The translations under genes and the position numbers were made by a program. From contig OZ244042.1 in assembly GCA_965215015.1 (NCBI GenBank), positions 2,720,001 through 2,784,000 on the forward strand: 64,000 bases of DNA, given 5' to 3'. The notes below the pieces were generated by a model that did no database searches, had not been told where the DNA came from, and saw only the letters and a program-made list of their open reading frames with translations. This stretch comes from Candidatus Poribacteria bacterium. Lineage in GTDB: Bacteria > Poribacteria > WGA-4E > PCPOR2b. Shown in pieces: positions 10,258 to 20,708 of the stretch. The number at the start of each line of letters is the position of its first letter. Position 1 is the stretch's first letter.

Positions 10258-10305
10258 GACGAATTTTGCGTATGATTCTCCGTTCTTATGCTCCGCTTGG
10301 AGGCG

Positions 10306-11616
10306 TCAATCATCCATAATCGCCGCGTAGACCAACGGTTTAACGGTATGGCTCAGCGCGGAAAAGGGGACGTGCTGTGCCAAAGTAATCGACACCAACT
10401 CATCATCTCGCGGCGAGATCCAAAACTCGGTACTGGTGCCGCCAATCCAGCCGTACTCACCGATCTGTGAAGCTGGCACCCAGTCGGTCTGTTGGACGCG
10501 CACCGAGACACCCAACCCGAAACCGAGTCCTTCATAGCGGTCTTTAGGCTTTTTGTCGAGCGGTATTAAGTGATCGGATAAATGGTTGTGAGTCATCAAC
10601 TCAACGGACTCCGCTTTCATCAAGCGTTTCCCGGACAGAGCTCCCTTGCCTGAAAGCATTAGGCAGAATCGAGCAAAATCGGCTGCTGTCGAGACCAAGC
10701 CTCCGCCGGCGGATAGAAACTTCGGTTTCCTTGTAAAACTGGTCTTGGATATGTGTCCGGTGCCGCCCTCCGGCGCATCAATGGTCTGTAAGCCCCCTGT
10801 TGGCCCTGGACCGTACATGCCTGCCAACCGATCAAGTTTCTCCGCCGGCACATAGACCCCGGTATCTACCATGCCCAACGGTTGGAAAATGCGCTCGGCT
10901 AAAAACTGGTCGAAGGATTGACCGGAAGCGACCTCAATCAGTCGTCCCAAGACATCGGCGGCAATGCTGTAGTGCCATTTTGTACCCGGTTGATACAACA
11001 GCGGAATTGTGTCCAGCCGCTCGACAAGTTCCTGCAGGTTACATTCATGCAAACGGTCTAATCCCGCCTTACGGTAGAGTTTATCGACTGCGGTATTGCC
11101 ATCCATGTACCGGGCAGCACCGGGCAATCCAGCGGTGTGCTGCATCAGATCTTGAATAGTTATTTCCCGATCAGCTTTGACCGGCGTGAACACATCGGCG
11201 TCAGCATCGCGTGCCACTTTCAGTTCACCTAATTTAGGCAGATATATCGAAGCCGGGGCGTCGAGTATTAGTTTTCCCTCCTCACAGAGCATCATCACCC
11301 CCGTGGCAGCGACAGGCTTGGTCATCGAATAGATACGGAAAATTGTATCTTTTTGCATCGGCTTGTTGGCTTGGAGGTCCATCAGTCCGTATGCCTCAAA
11401 GTGAGCCACCTTGCCGCGTCGGGCTACAAGCGTGACCGCCCCGGCGAGCTCTCCCTCGTCAATGAAGCCTTGGACAGTCGAGGAAATGCACTCAAGCCGT
11501 TCCGCCGACAGTCCCACCCCGTGGGGGGCGGCGGTCAAACCGAGGAGGTTGTCATCACGATAGCCACATGATGTCTGTGTTTCAGAGATCGGTTGCTTGT
11601 TCACCAATTCCTCCAA
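10306..11616 (-). CDS. Serine hydrolase, beta-lactamase class C-like family
   Basis: FRIYSMTKP (SxxK), PGTKWHYS and YGWIG motifs; exact start uncertain. Confidence 0.9.
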   Translation of the reverse strand: MEELVNKQPISETQTSCGYRDDNLLGLTAAPHGVGLSAERLECISSTVQGFIDEGELAGAVTLVARRGKVAHFEAYGLMDLQANKPMQKDTIFRIYSMTKPVAATGVMMLCEEGKLILDAPASIYLPKLGELKVARDADADVFTPVKADREITIQDLMQHTAGLPGAARYMDGNTAVDKLYRKAGLDRLHECNLQELVERLDTIPLLYQPGTKWHYSIAADVLGRLIEVASGQSFDQFLAERIFQPLGMVDTGVYVPAEKLDRLAGMYGPGPTGGLQTIDAPEGGTGHISKTSFTRKPKFLSAGGGLVSTAADFARFCLMLSGKGALSGKRLMKAESVELMTHNHLSDHLIPLDKKPKDRYEGLGFGLGVSVRVQQTDWVPASQIGEYGWIGGTSTEFWISPRDDELVSITLAQHVPFSALSHTVKPLVYAAIMDD

Positions 11617-11657
11617 ATTCCTCTAGATTCCGATTACTATGATGTCCTTCGGCAGAT

Positions 11658-12119
11658 TCACACCATTTGAGAAGGCTCCCCAAGAAGTTCCTTCAATTTG
11701 GATGCCCGGTAGGCAAAAATTTTCTCTAGATCTGGGGCGACGAAAAACTTTTGCACAAGCCGACCGCCAAGTATAGCGTACTCAACCTCATCTCTTATCA
11801 GCGTACCCTCAGGGATGGGAACAAAGGTGTGTGTATGAATCCAGCGACGGTAGGGCCCCCGACGCTGTTCATCAACAAAGGAGTGAGGTGGATTCCAAGC
11901 TGTTATCTCGGTCTGCCAACGGATGGGGATACCTCGCAGTTTCAGGCGATAGTCGATTAACGTTCCAACTGCTATCCTAATTGGAGTAGGTGTTAGCATC
12001 TGAAAATGGAGCCAAGGGGGCGTTATCTCCGCCAGGTTGTCAACATATGAAAAAAAATTGAATAGCTCGTGTTCCGACTTCTCGACTTTCTGTTCGATTT
12101 TTAGGTGAAATATTTTCAT
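11658..12119 (-). CDS. SRPBCC family protein
   Basis: NLAEITPPWLHF, FVDEQRRGPYRRWIHTHTF and IFAYR motifs. Confidence 0.88.
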   Translation of the reverse strand: MKIFHLKIEQKVEKSEHELFNFFSYVDNLAEITPPWLHFQMLTPTPIRIAVGTLIDYRLKLRGIPIRWQTEITAWNPPHSFVDEQRRGPYRRWIHTHTFVPIPEGTLIRDEVEYAILGGRLVQKFFVAPDLEKIFAYRASKLKELLGEPSQMV

Positions 12120-12243
12120 TTTTTTGAGTTGAAAGGAAATGGATTGGATAGTTAAAGGCACTGTTTTGGATTACGTCAAGCCTCAGAGATTAAAGACCAA
12201 GTTTTTTGGAAAATTCGATTTCTCCGTGGGCTGTTTGATAGTG

Positions 12244-14031
12244 CTACGTTTCACGTTTGACAAGAATTAGGTGCAGCGTTAAAATGCCGATCGCGAGCAA
12301 CAGGAAAAACCACGCAAAACTGTGATACCCCCACCACTGCAATGTATCTTTCCCCCAATCGCCCCAACGCCCCGTAGCCTTATTTGTAAGATTTGACTCT
12401 GCTTGGGAGAGCGCATTTGAGGAGAAAGCGTATTTGTCTGTCTCTGTGTGCATCCTATAGATACCGACCGCTTCAGTTTTGAGGTTTATCGTCCTGTCCG
12501 GCACGGGTCGTACCGACACCGCGCCACTGGGTGAAACAATCTCCACAGATTTTGTCCCCAACTTGGTAGTCAGTACGGCGACTTCACCTAACCGCAGATT
12601 GGTGCGTTCTAATCCGGGCGTTTGCGAAGACCGCCACTGGAGGAGATTCCACATCAGGATGGGCCAATTCGGAGAATTTTGGAGTGTTGATAGATCTGGC
12701 TGCAGGCGTAATCGGATTTCATGGATTCCGGTAAACCGCTCGGTGTCAGTTAGCAAAGGCACATTTCCGGCGGTAATAATCGGTGTGCCCATAAACTGCT
12801 CCTTCACGCCAGCTCCCCACACCACGCCGCCGAGTGAAAGCCCTTCGGTCAACGGGTGCGTCAGATCAGTAACAAAGGGACCAAGATAAGCGGAGGCCTC
12901 CGATTCGGTAATAACCCGCATATACCACGCTTCGGAAGAATCATCGGCAGCTGCTGCATCGTCAAGAAACACTAATTCGGGTGCCGCTTTTGCCGCTAAC
13001 GCCCTATCAGTTGACGCCAACGCATTCTCAATGAGCGATCGAAGTCGCGGGTCTTGAACACGAATATCCACATGCACCGGTTTTCGACGTTGTGGCAAGA
13101 GCACAACTTTGTTATCAATTGCAAGAGCATCATCGCCAATCTGTGCTCGCAGCGGCGGCGTCCCAGCTGAAAGATTCAGAAAAATCTGGTGCGTCGCTCT
13201 CGGACCGATTTCAAGGGTCGCACGGCGCAGGGGTGAAGATGAGGTTTGGGAAGCAGAGGTATCAACCTCTACAACCAGCTCGGTACTGTCAGCGTGCGGT
13301 GAGAGATTGGTTATCTCCAACAAGCACCGTTCACCCGAATCGGTAGCGGTTCGGGCGGCATTGACAAATGCAATGTTGGGTTGCGGGATCCCGAACCCCC
13401 ACCACTGCATACGCTCTGCTCCTAGTATTTGCGGCGGAGGTTTATCTGTCAAAACAAGGATGAGTGCTTTCGCACCCCCAATCTCAGCGGCGAGATTTAC
13501 CGCTGCTGCAAGGTCCGCAGCTGGTGAAAAACATTGCCACGCTTCGAGTTGTGTTATTGCCTCACCCGCGGTACGTGCCGCTTCGTTCAACACCTGGGGC
13601 TCTGTGCCCGCCAGTACGTAGCGCACTGCATAGCGGCGGTTAGCGAGTGGATTCAACCCTTGAGGTGCAAGTTCCTCCTCAAGTGCTGCAATCGCTCGGC
13701 TTTTGGGAGTCTCATCAACACCTGCCAACATTGAGAAGGAATCATCGAGCACTACCATCAGTGGCATTGCACCTCGCATCGTCCGAAGGATCGGGGCTGC
13801 CGCTGCGAGGACGAGCAGTATAATGGCAAGTAACTCCAGAAAGAATAACAGGGGTATCCGTAACCGCTCAACGCGCAAGCCGCCTTGGCGTGCCTGCTGC
13901 TGGTTCACCCAAAGCATCAAGCTGGATACGGGATAACGCCGCGATCGGGTACGTAGAAGATAGATGCCGACAAGCCCCGGAATTGCCAAAAATGAGAGGA
14001 AGCCGAGCGGGAGTGTAAAGATGGGAATCAT
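12244..14031 (-). CDS. BatA-type N-terminal double-TM plus VWA domain protein
   Basis: VSSLMLW BatA motif, MIDAS DDSFS, C-terminal TM helix. Confidence 0.88.
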   Translation of the reverse strand: MIPIFTLPLGFLSFLAIPGLVGIYLLRTRSRRYPVSSLMLWVNQQQARQGGLRVERLRIPLLFFLELLAIILLVLAAAAPILRTMRGAMPLMVVLDDSFSMLAGVDETPKSRAIAALEEELAPQGLNPLANRRYAVRYVLAGTEPQVLNEAARTAGEAITQLEAWQCFSPAADLAAAVNLAAEIGGAKALILVLTDKPPPQILGAERMQWWGFGIPQPNIAFVNAARTATDSGERCLLEITNLSPHADSTELVVEVDTSASQTSSSPLRRATLEIGPRATHQIFLNLSAGTPPLRAQIGDDALAIDNKVVLLPQRRKPVHVDIRVQDPRLRSLIENALASTDRALAAKAAPELVFLDDAAAADDSSEAWYMRVITESEASAYLGPFVTDLTHPLTEGLSLGGVVWGAGVKEQFMGTPIITAGNVPLLTDTERFTGIHEIRLRLQPDLSTLQNSPNWPILMWNLLQWRSSQTPGLERTNLRLGEVAVLTTKLGTKSVEIVSPSGAVSVRPVPDRTINLKTEAVGIYRMHTETDKYAFSSNALSQAESNLTNKATGRWGDWGKDTLQWWGYHSFAWFFLLLAIGILTLHLILVKRET

Positions 14032-14156
14032 GAATCACCCCCAATGGTCTGGATCTCTTGTATTTCCAATAATTACTAGATTATCAATTTGGCAGCAAGC
14101 GAAACAACGACAGCAATTATCACGCCCCATTGGGCTCAGCCCAAATTCTTGATGCG

Positions 14157-15662
14157 TTATCCGGGCTCATTTATCTGCGAATCACTTGCAGTTTCTTCTT
14201 TGAGGGGTCGAAAGTCTTCAAGCTGCCTCACGAACCACGGCAGGCTTAGCGCACCGGCGAATGCCGCACAAATAGTTGCGATTGTAACACTGTGTAGCAC
14301 AAGACTACTCTCATCACGAAATAGAAGTGGGCCGAGAGGGCTAGCAACAAGCCATTCCTGCTTCCACTTCCCAGAAAGAAAAAAGAGGACGAGCGGGGTG
14401 ATTGTCGTCGTAACACCGAACAGAACCAAAGCAATTACCCACGTATAACCACAGGTAACTCGGTCCGCCAAAAAGCGTCTTCTTATTACCGAGGCACCCA
14501 ACGCGTAACTGAATGCATACAGCCCTAAACCCACCAGAGATCCCAAGGTTTCAAGGGCGTGGTCAAACATATAGGGGAAAATACCCACCCATGCTGTTAG
14601 CGGCAATGAGGTCAGAATTATCATTAAAGATGACCACGCTACGCCGCTGGCAGCACCGCTATAAAAGAGAAATGCCAACAAACGGGGCAATAGTCGGCGC
14701 GGAATATCTTGGCGGACACGCTGTCCTAAATGCTCCCTTTCGCTGACTGCGACAAATAGACCGATGGAATACAACAGGATATGTATGAAGCCCCACGTCC
14801 AGATTGGTTGAAGGTCATTAACTCCTATACTCCAGATTGCTGCACCGACCCCGGTCAAGAGCCACACCGTCGTAACGAAGATACGCACAGGCAGTGCCCG
14901 ATTGGTAGATAAAGGGCTTATAAGCGCGATTGATAGCAGGGCACAGAGACCAATAAGTGCCAACCCGCTACCCAACATACCCAAGGCACCTCGCCAGAAT
15001 CGCCAAGAACCGAGTTGACTCCCTATACCGGAGTCCAGAAGTCCACCGGGCAGAAACATTACCACGATTAATGGAAAAAAAACAGTAACAATTAACCAAA
15101 ACCATCCTATACCGAGAATCACCTTAAAGATCCGATTGGCAGGAAGACAACCGATGAGGATAGCACATTGGACACCCACTGCCACCACGATGAAAACTAG
15201 CGCGAGCAGGATGAAAATTGATGGTAGGTCAACACCCCGCAACAGGTAGGTGAAGGTCATAAATGGCATACAGGCACTATAGAGCATGACAACGAGAATG
15301 AGACTCGCGAAGAATTTACCCCAGATGATTGAGCGCGGCCGGAGGGTTGTGATGAATAGGAGATCGATATTGGCATCCGCTCGCTCGCTCGCTAACCGGA
15401 TGCCGGTATAGGCTGGCACAAACAGTAGGCATGTCCCTAGCAAAATCCCTAGTAAAACCCGACAAATGTTTCGCCCTGCATTGAAAGCCCCAGAAGCGGA
15501 TTCATTTGTTAAGAATAGTGCCATGGTAAGCAATTGAAGGCAGAGAAAACAGATTAACACCACGATCAGGAATTTGCCATGGACAGCTTGACGCAACTCT
15601 TTAATAACGATAGGATTGAGCGTGTCATTAATTTTTTCAAGACTGGCGGCAATCGATTTCAT
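14157..15662 (-). CDS. ABC-2 type transporter permease
   Basis: NPIVIKELRQ and ASERADANIDLLFITTLRPRSIIWGKF motifs, many TM segments; overlaps the ATPase stop codon. Confidence 0.85.
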   Translation of the reverse strand: MKSIAASLEKINDTLNPIVIKELRQAVHGKFLIVVLICFLCLQLLTMALFLTNESASGAFNAGRNICRVLLGILLGTCLLFVPAYTGIRLASERADANIDLLFITTLRPRSIIWGKFFASLILVVMLYSACMPFMTFTYLLRGVDLPSIFILLALVFIVVAVGVQCAILIGCLPANRIFKVILGIGWFWLIVTVFFPLIVVMFLPGGLLDSGIGSQLGSWRFWRGALGMLGSGLALIGLCALLSIALISPLSTNRALPVRIFVTTVWLLTGVGAAIWSIGVNDLQPIWTWGFIHILLYSIGLFVAVSEREHLGQRVRQDIPRRLLPRLLAFLFYSGAASGVAWSSLMIILTSLPLTAWVGIFPYMFDHALETLGSLVGLGLYAFSYALGASVIRRRFLADRVTCGYTWVIALVLFGVTTTITPLVLFFLSGKWKQEWLVASPLGPLLFRDESSLVLHSVTIATICAAFAGALSLPWFVRQLEDFRPLKEETASDSQINEPG

Positions 15663-16588
15663 TGTACCTCTCCCCTTGTTATGTTCATGAATACCGATTC
15701 CAGATCTCTGCCCTGCTGCCTAAATTCAACGATACGGTATCCATCACGGATCAGGTTTCCGAGGAGGTCACTGCACGTTTCCTCAGAGCCGGTGATTTTC
15801 GCCTCTATCTCATTTTCTAATTGATTGACCGCCGCAACATTTGACATCAACAACAGCGATTTAGACAGGTCATCTTGTTGGTTGAGCGACCGGATGAGGA
15901 CGGTATGCTGCTCAATCTCCGGCTTGGCAATCTCTTGCAACGTTCCGGCGGCAATAATCCGCCCCTGTTCGATAATAACAGTGCCATCGCAGATTTCCGA
16001 GAGTTCGGTAAGGATGTGCGAGCTAATCAGGATAGCTTTCCCTTGCCCTGATAGAACCCTCAGCAACTCCCGCAGCTCGACTCTTGCCCGCGGATCGAGT
16101 CCGGCTGCGGGTTCATCCATTACCAACACCGGCGGATCATGGAGGAGGGCGCGTGCGAGACTCACTCGCTGTTTCATCCCCTTCGAGAGCGCATGCAAGG
16201 TTTTTTCGCGAATGCCTATGAGATTAGTAAATTCTTCGATATTTTCGATCACTTGTCGGCGTTGCGTCCCAGTCAACCCGTAAGCGCGAGCAAAGAAGTC
16301 GAGGTATTCATGCACAGATATATCCCGGTGCATGGGAAGGGCATCGGGCACATATCCAATCAATTGACGTGCCTTCTCCGGCCTCTCCACAATCGAGACA
16401 TCATCAATTTTGGCGTCGCCGTCTGTCGGTTCATCAAGCGTGGCCAAGATTCTCATGGTCGTCGTCTTACCAGCACCGTTGGGACCGACAAAGCCGATGA
16501 TCTGCCCCGATGAAAAGCTAAATGAGATGTCGTCAACCGCTCGCGTTGCGCCAAAGTCTTTTCTGAGATGAATGATATTGACCTGCAT
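15659..16588 (-). CDS. ABC transporter ATP-binding protein
   Basis: Walker A GPNGAGKTT, signature LSKGMKQR, Walker B VLVMDEP, SSH loop. Confidence 0.95.
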   Translation of the reverse strand: MQVNIIHLRKDFGATRAVDDISFSFSSGQIIGFVGPNGAGKTTTMRILATLDEPTDGDAKIDDVSIVERPEKARQLIGYVPDALPMHRDISVHEYLDFFARAYGLTGTQRRQVIENIEEFTNLIGIREKTLHALSKGMKQRVSLARALLHDPPVLVMDEPAAGLDPRARVELRELLRVLSGQGKAILISSHILTELSEICDGTVIIEQGRIIAAGTLQEIAKPEIEQHTVLIRSLNQQDDLSKSLLLMSNVAAVNQLENEIEAKITGSEETCSDLLGNLIRDGYRIVEFRQQGRDLESVFMNITRGEVQ

Positions 16589-16660
16589 GTGGTTGTATGG
16601 TTATCCTGTTCTCAAGATTAACAAAAAATCTGACGCCATTCCAACCAGATTTTTATCTTT

Positions 16661-17011
16661 TAGGAGTTACGCCCTTGAGTTTATCGTAACGTGATTCAAC
16701 CCGTGTCACCATAGACCATAAATCGCCTGACAGGAGTCGGTATACACCGTATGCCGTGCCCCCCTTCCCCACTAAATACCCGGTGGGGTATCCCTAGTCC
16801 CCCGCAAGCAGGGGAATGGCACACGGAGCGTGTCTAATGCTTCGGGATTCACTGTCGCCGCCCGATTCATCGAGCGTTCAGAGGCATCTTCACCGGCGAT
16901 GAATCGCCGAGGATACCATGACTCTTGTGCTATAATCATGGCTCAACCTACCATGAACATTGCGCGCCCTTTTCTGATGTTGGCGTCGAGGGGTTAACTG
17001 CGTAAATCCTA
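16661..17011. mobile_element. MITE-like element, family B (TIR about taggagttacgca)
   Basis: taggagttacgcccttgag ... aactgcgtaaatccta; internal ctaaatacccggtggg shared with the 25061-25230 copy. Confidence 0.7.
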
Positions 17012-17049
17012 TCTCTTCATTGACACCAAAATCGAAAAGGATTATCCCC

Positions 17050-19224
17050 TTATTCCTCTGCCAAGATGCCGTAAACGACAGAACTATATTGTTTGTCCGT
17101 CACGTTCCGCAACCCCTCCTCAATAAACGGAGAGGTGTCTAAGGACGCGATATAACAGCCGGGGCGGAGATATTCTTCCGGGACACTTTTGAGACGTTCG
17201 ATATTTTCTATCCAATTATCAGAGATAAATATCCCGCGCAAGCCAATCATTTTGCCATCATAGATTCTGAGGTCCGCCGGAAACCCCCCACCCGTAAACT
17301 CATTAATAATTGAAACAGTGTATGTACGCTCTGAAACTTGATCTGTTATCTTCCACTGTTGTTTTCCGCGCTGTGTTTGAGTGGAAACGGTGACATCATT
17401 GGAGAGCAACACACCGTGCTTTCTTAGCTCATTTCTTAACATCGGTGGGATGTTCCCGTCATCCAGCTCCTGATCGACGGAAAGGTTCTGCACCGTAAGC
17501 TGGAAGACTCCGTCAACCCGACCCAGACGTCCCAAACGTAAGTCCGGCCGTGACACTAGCTTTGCTTCCGCTCCCGCGGAAATGCCGGTTGCAAAATAGA
17601 TTGTACCCTTTCTGTCTGCCAACCAGAATTGGCGGATGTCGACACCCAGACCATTGACAATTCTCAAACCAGCATTTGCCCCCCTTCTGACAGTGACGCG
17701 CTCACGTCTCATTTCGCTCTTGCGGACCATAAAATGCGCTGGAACGCGGGAGGCTACCCAACCGCTTGCTAAGTGCTGGTTGTGTGTCCAGTCAACCGTA
17801 CGAACTGTACTTGTGGTCTGGGAGATTTGAGGTGTCAGCTCCGTCTCATAGCCGAAGTGCAATCCGTCGCCTGGGGTCAGTGCTGAATAGAAAGCGGTCC
17901 AGCCAATGGTTGTCGCGCGACGAGCCCTTTCGTCAAGAATCGTCAACCCCATTGTACGGACCTGACGCCTCCACCCTTCGGCAAAGGTTGCGTAGGCAAA
18001 TACAGCAAGACAGGTAATCAGCGAGATGACTGGGGTTGTCCAAAGCATCCAGATGCGCCGCCTTTTGCGAGATAGTACAATCAGGTTCGCCGGACCGATT
18101 GCCACGGCAAAAAGGAGCATCAGCAGAAACAGCCCTCGCACAGGAATCCCTACATTACTTACCACTGGAAACATGCGGTTGGCTTCGTCAACCGATCCCT
18201 TCCATTGCCAAGGAGCCGCGGTTTTCAGCCATGACTCTATAACCCAGCCCCATTGGTTCTGATTCAAACCTCTTGTATCTGTCTCAGTGCTCACGATACA
18301 CTGACCGAAACCGACATCGTATGCGGCAATCCCCACAGAATCGGTGGAAAGTTCAGATTTGAGCGATTCCTGCAATCCCCAGCTTTCAGGGAGCTCTCGA
18401 CCTCCCAACACGAATAGGGCACCGCCACACTCTACGTAACGCCAGAGCGCGGACTGAACATCGGGCGGCATCCGTCGGATATCGTCGCCCGTAACGACAA
18501 CACCATCGTAGCGTGAGAAACCGAGCCAGCTCGTGCTCCACGCCGACACAGGCAACCCGAGATCAACCGTTTGGTAGGCGGCGGCGGAGCCTCCACCGCT
18601 GGAAGGCAAGAATCCACCACTTGAGGGGACGGGACTGCTTGAACCAAAAGGGGTAAGCAACCTATCAGCGTAGGTGTGTAAGTCTGTGGTATCCACATTT
18701 CGACTTATCAGGATTCGGAGTGATACGTAGGAACTTCTCACACGCTTTATTGTACTCATTGGCGCACCCGGTGGTGTACCAATACCTATTGAAGCGTGTC
18801 TTACACCCGATTCGTCCCGACCGTGTTGCCGAATAGGTAACGACACCGTCTCTTTTTGAACTTTGCCGTCAATAGCAACTCCCAAAGCACTGCCATGCAG
18901 TATCACCGGCGGCTGAAGCAAGGAGACATGGCCTGTGGCAGACGGGCCAACAACCACCGAACGGGTAATTTCTCGGATTCGATTTCCAGAAACACCGAAA
19001 CTCGTTCTCGGCAAAATCAATGTCACCCGATGGGCTTTGTCAAGTGAGCGATTCGATACAGCAATCCTATATTCCGCATAGCCGTGGAAACTGTTGCTGC
19101 TTGGTTCGAGTTCGAGCGTGATTGTTATGTCATCAAAATCCTGCTTTGTGAAGGCATTGGATACGGCGCAACACATCCACACGGCGACAAGAAAGGAGGT
19201 AACACGCGGGCCAGCATATCGCAT
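17050..19224 (-). CDS. Secreted/membrane protein of the MoxR-VWA cluster with GATase-like domain
   Basis: Signal peptide from MRYAGP; YDGVVV...ALWRYVECGGALFV; two TM helices (GPANLIVL...WTTP). The ORF extension to 19362 lies in a repeat. Confidence 0.8.
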   Translation of the reverse strand: MRYAGPRVTSFLVAVWMCCAVSNAFTKQDFDDITITLELEPSSNSFHGYAEYRIAVSNRSLDKAHRVTLILPRTSFGVSGNRIREITRSVVVGPSATGHVSLLQPPVILHGSALGVAIDGKVQKETVSLPIRQHGRDESGVRHASIGIGTPPGAPMSTIKRVRSSYVSLRILISRNVDTTDLHTYADRLLTPFGSSSPVPSSGGFLPSSGGGSAAAYQTVDLGLPVSAWSTSWLGFSRYDGVVVTGDDIRRMPPDVQSALWRYVECGGALFVLGGRELPESWGLQESLKSELSTDSVGIAAYDVGFGQCIVSTETDTRGLNQNQWGWVIESWLKTAAPWQWKGSVDEANRMFPVVSNVGIPVRGLFLLMLLFAVAIGPANLIVLSRKRRRIWMLWTTPVISLITCLAVFAYATFAEGWRRQVRTMGLTILDERARRATTIGWTAFYSALTPGDGLHFGYETELTPQISQTTSTVRTVDWTHNQHLASGWVASRVPAHFMVRKSEMRRERVTVRRGANAGLRIVNGLGVDIRQFWLADRKGTIYFATGISAGAEAKLVSRPDLRLGRLGRVDGVFQLTVQNLSVDQELDDGNIPPMLRNELRKHGVLLSNDVTVSTQTQRGKQQWKITDQVSERTYTVSIINEFTGGGFPADLRIYDGKMIGLRGIFISDNWIENIERLKSVPEEYLRPGCYIASLDTSPFIEEGLRNVTDKQYSSVVYGILAEE

Positions 19225-19268
19225 TGTTGATTGCCTCATATTAAGTCGGGGGCTTATGTTAAGTCGGT

Positions 19269-19360
19269 GGCTTATGTTAAGAAATCGTACAACAGAAACC
19301 GAGTTTTCAAAAAAAAGCTCGGTTTCTGTTCGCGCCTTACACCTTCTTTTCAGATGAGCC
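19269..19360. mobile_element. About 90-bp MITE, family C (ggctcatgttaaga-type ends, internal gaaaccgag palindrome)
   Basis: ggcttatgttaaga...tcttttcagatgagcc; related ends near 25238, 26457, 33660 and 59220. Confidence 0.65.
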
Positions 19361-19367
19361 AAGTCGA

Positions 19368-19521
19368 CTATAAATGCCGGTCGTACAAGCCTTCGTGGCT
19401 CACTGCGTAATCAAACAAATAATGGTGGGCAATTAGGCCCAACAGGCACCATAAATTCGTCTGCCAACTGATTGTCCGGGGCTTCAAATTCATCATCAGA
19501 TAGCTGTAGACAGTTATTCAT
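19368..19521 (-). pseudogene. Frameshifted remnant of a small acidic antitoxin-like protein
   Basis: GGAG RBS; MNNCLQLSDDEFEAPDNQLADEF...PPL then, out of frame, DYAVSHEGLYDRHL*. The tail resembles LSDYAVSRxGIYxxH proteins recalled from toxin-antitoxin neighbourhoods (unverified). Confidence 0.4.
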
Positions 19522-19604
19522 TAATATCTCCACCGCGGCTTCTCTCATTCTTCCTATCTTCCAACCTTTCACCATTTCAACAACCTATCCTCCGTAAAAT
19601 AAAC

Positions 19605-20654
19605 TCACGCCGAACGAATCTCAAGGTCATCGGGCAAATTGAGGTCGGTTTCGTCGAGAAAGGCGAGGAGGGTATCTACAACCGTAAAGGTATCCATACC
19701 GTCAAATCGGGCTTGATAGTTCAGAATTACGCGATGGTTCAGCACAGCTGAAGCGACCGCTTTTACATCCTCGAATCCGACGGTCGGTCGGCCCGCAAGC
19801 AACGCAGAGGCCCGCGACGCCTCTGCCATCGCAATTGCCGCCCGTGGTGAGGCAGCGTATGTGACATATTTCTTTACCTCTTCGGTGGTCTCAGGCGCGT
19901 TTGGATGGGTGGAAGCCGTCAAACGTGAGATGTAACGGGAAACCGGCTTGGGCAGGAAAATCCCATCCATCACATTAAATAGCTGACCTAGTTGCTCGGC
20001 ACTTATCGACCATGTGGGGACGGGCGGTTCGCCGCGTCGGCGTGTTGAGATGATGTCATCAAGGGCCTCCACATCGGCATGGGGGACAATCAGTTTGAAT
20101 AGGAATCGATCCAACTGCGCCTCTGGCAGTGGGTATGTCCCCTCTAATTCAATCGGGTTTTGAGAAGCAAGGACAAAAAAGGGGCTGGGCAGGGAACGAG
20201 TATTGCCAAGCAGGGTAACAGAACGCTCCTGCATCGCCTCAAGCAAGGCGGATTGTGTTTTGGGGGAAGCGCGGTTTATCTCATCGGCGAGCAGAATATT
20301 CGTGAATACCGGACCCGCTTGGAAACTCATCTCGCGTTTTCCCTCCGGAGTTTGCTGCAAGATATGCGTGCCGACAATATCGCCCGGCATCAGATCGGGG
20401 GTAAACTGCACGCGATTAAAGTCAAGGCTGAGTAACTGCCCCAACGCTTTAACGAGCGCGGTTTTACCGACACCCGGGACCCCTTCAAGCAGGATGTGCC
20501 CCTGACTCAGGATGCCGACAAGTACCATGCGATGGAGCGCAGAACGCCCTAGCAAGACGCGATCCAGCTCCGCCAGTACCTTTGCTGTGAGATCAACAGC
20601 GGGATTCAACTCTTCAGGTTGAAGTAGATTCTCAGATTGCTTGTTATCTGGCAT
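19605..20654 (-). CDS. moxR: MoxR family AAA+ ATPase
   Basis: GVPGVGKT, RVQFTPDLMPGD, LADEINRASPKTQSALLEAM and QNPIELEGTYPLPEAQLDRF motifs. Confidence 0.95.
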   Translation of the reverse strand: MPDNKQSENLLQPEELNPAVDLTAKVLAELDRVLLGRSALHRMVLVGILSQGHILLEGVPGVGKTALVKALGQLLSLDFNRVQFTPDLMPGDIVGTHILQQTPEGKREMSFQAGPVFTNILLADEINRASPKTQSALLEAMQERSVTLLGNTRSLPSPFFVLASQNPIELEGTYPLPEAQLDRFLFKLIVPHADVEALDDIISTRRRGEPPVPTWSISAEQLGQLFNVMDGIFLPKPVSRYISRLTASTHPNAPETTEEVKKYVTYAASPRAAIAMAEASRASALLAGRPTVGFEDVKAVASAVLNHRVILNYQARFDGMDTFTVVDTLLAFLDETDLNLPDDLEIRSA

Positions 20655-20708
20655 GATTGTTTAAATGTGGCATAGATGGTGGTGAAGCTACCCAGAGAAA
20701 GCGAGTTT

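Noticed and set aside
10306-11616. Antibiotic-resistance beta-lactamase
   Set aside because: No signal peptide, and the motifs fit the broad serine hydrolase/esterase family.
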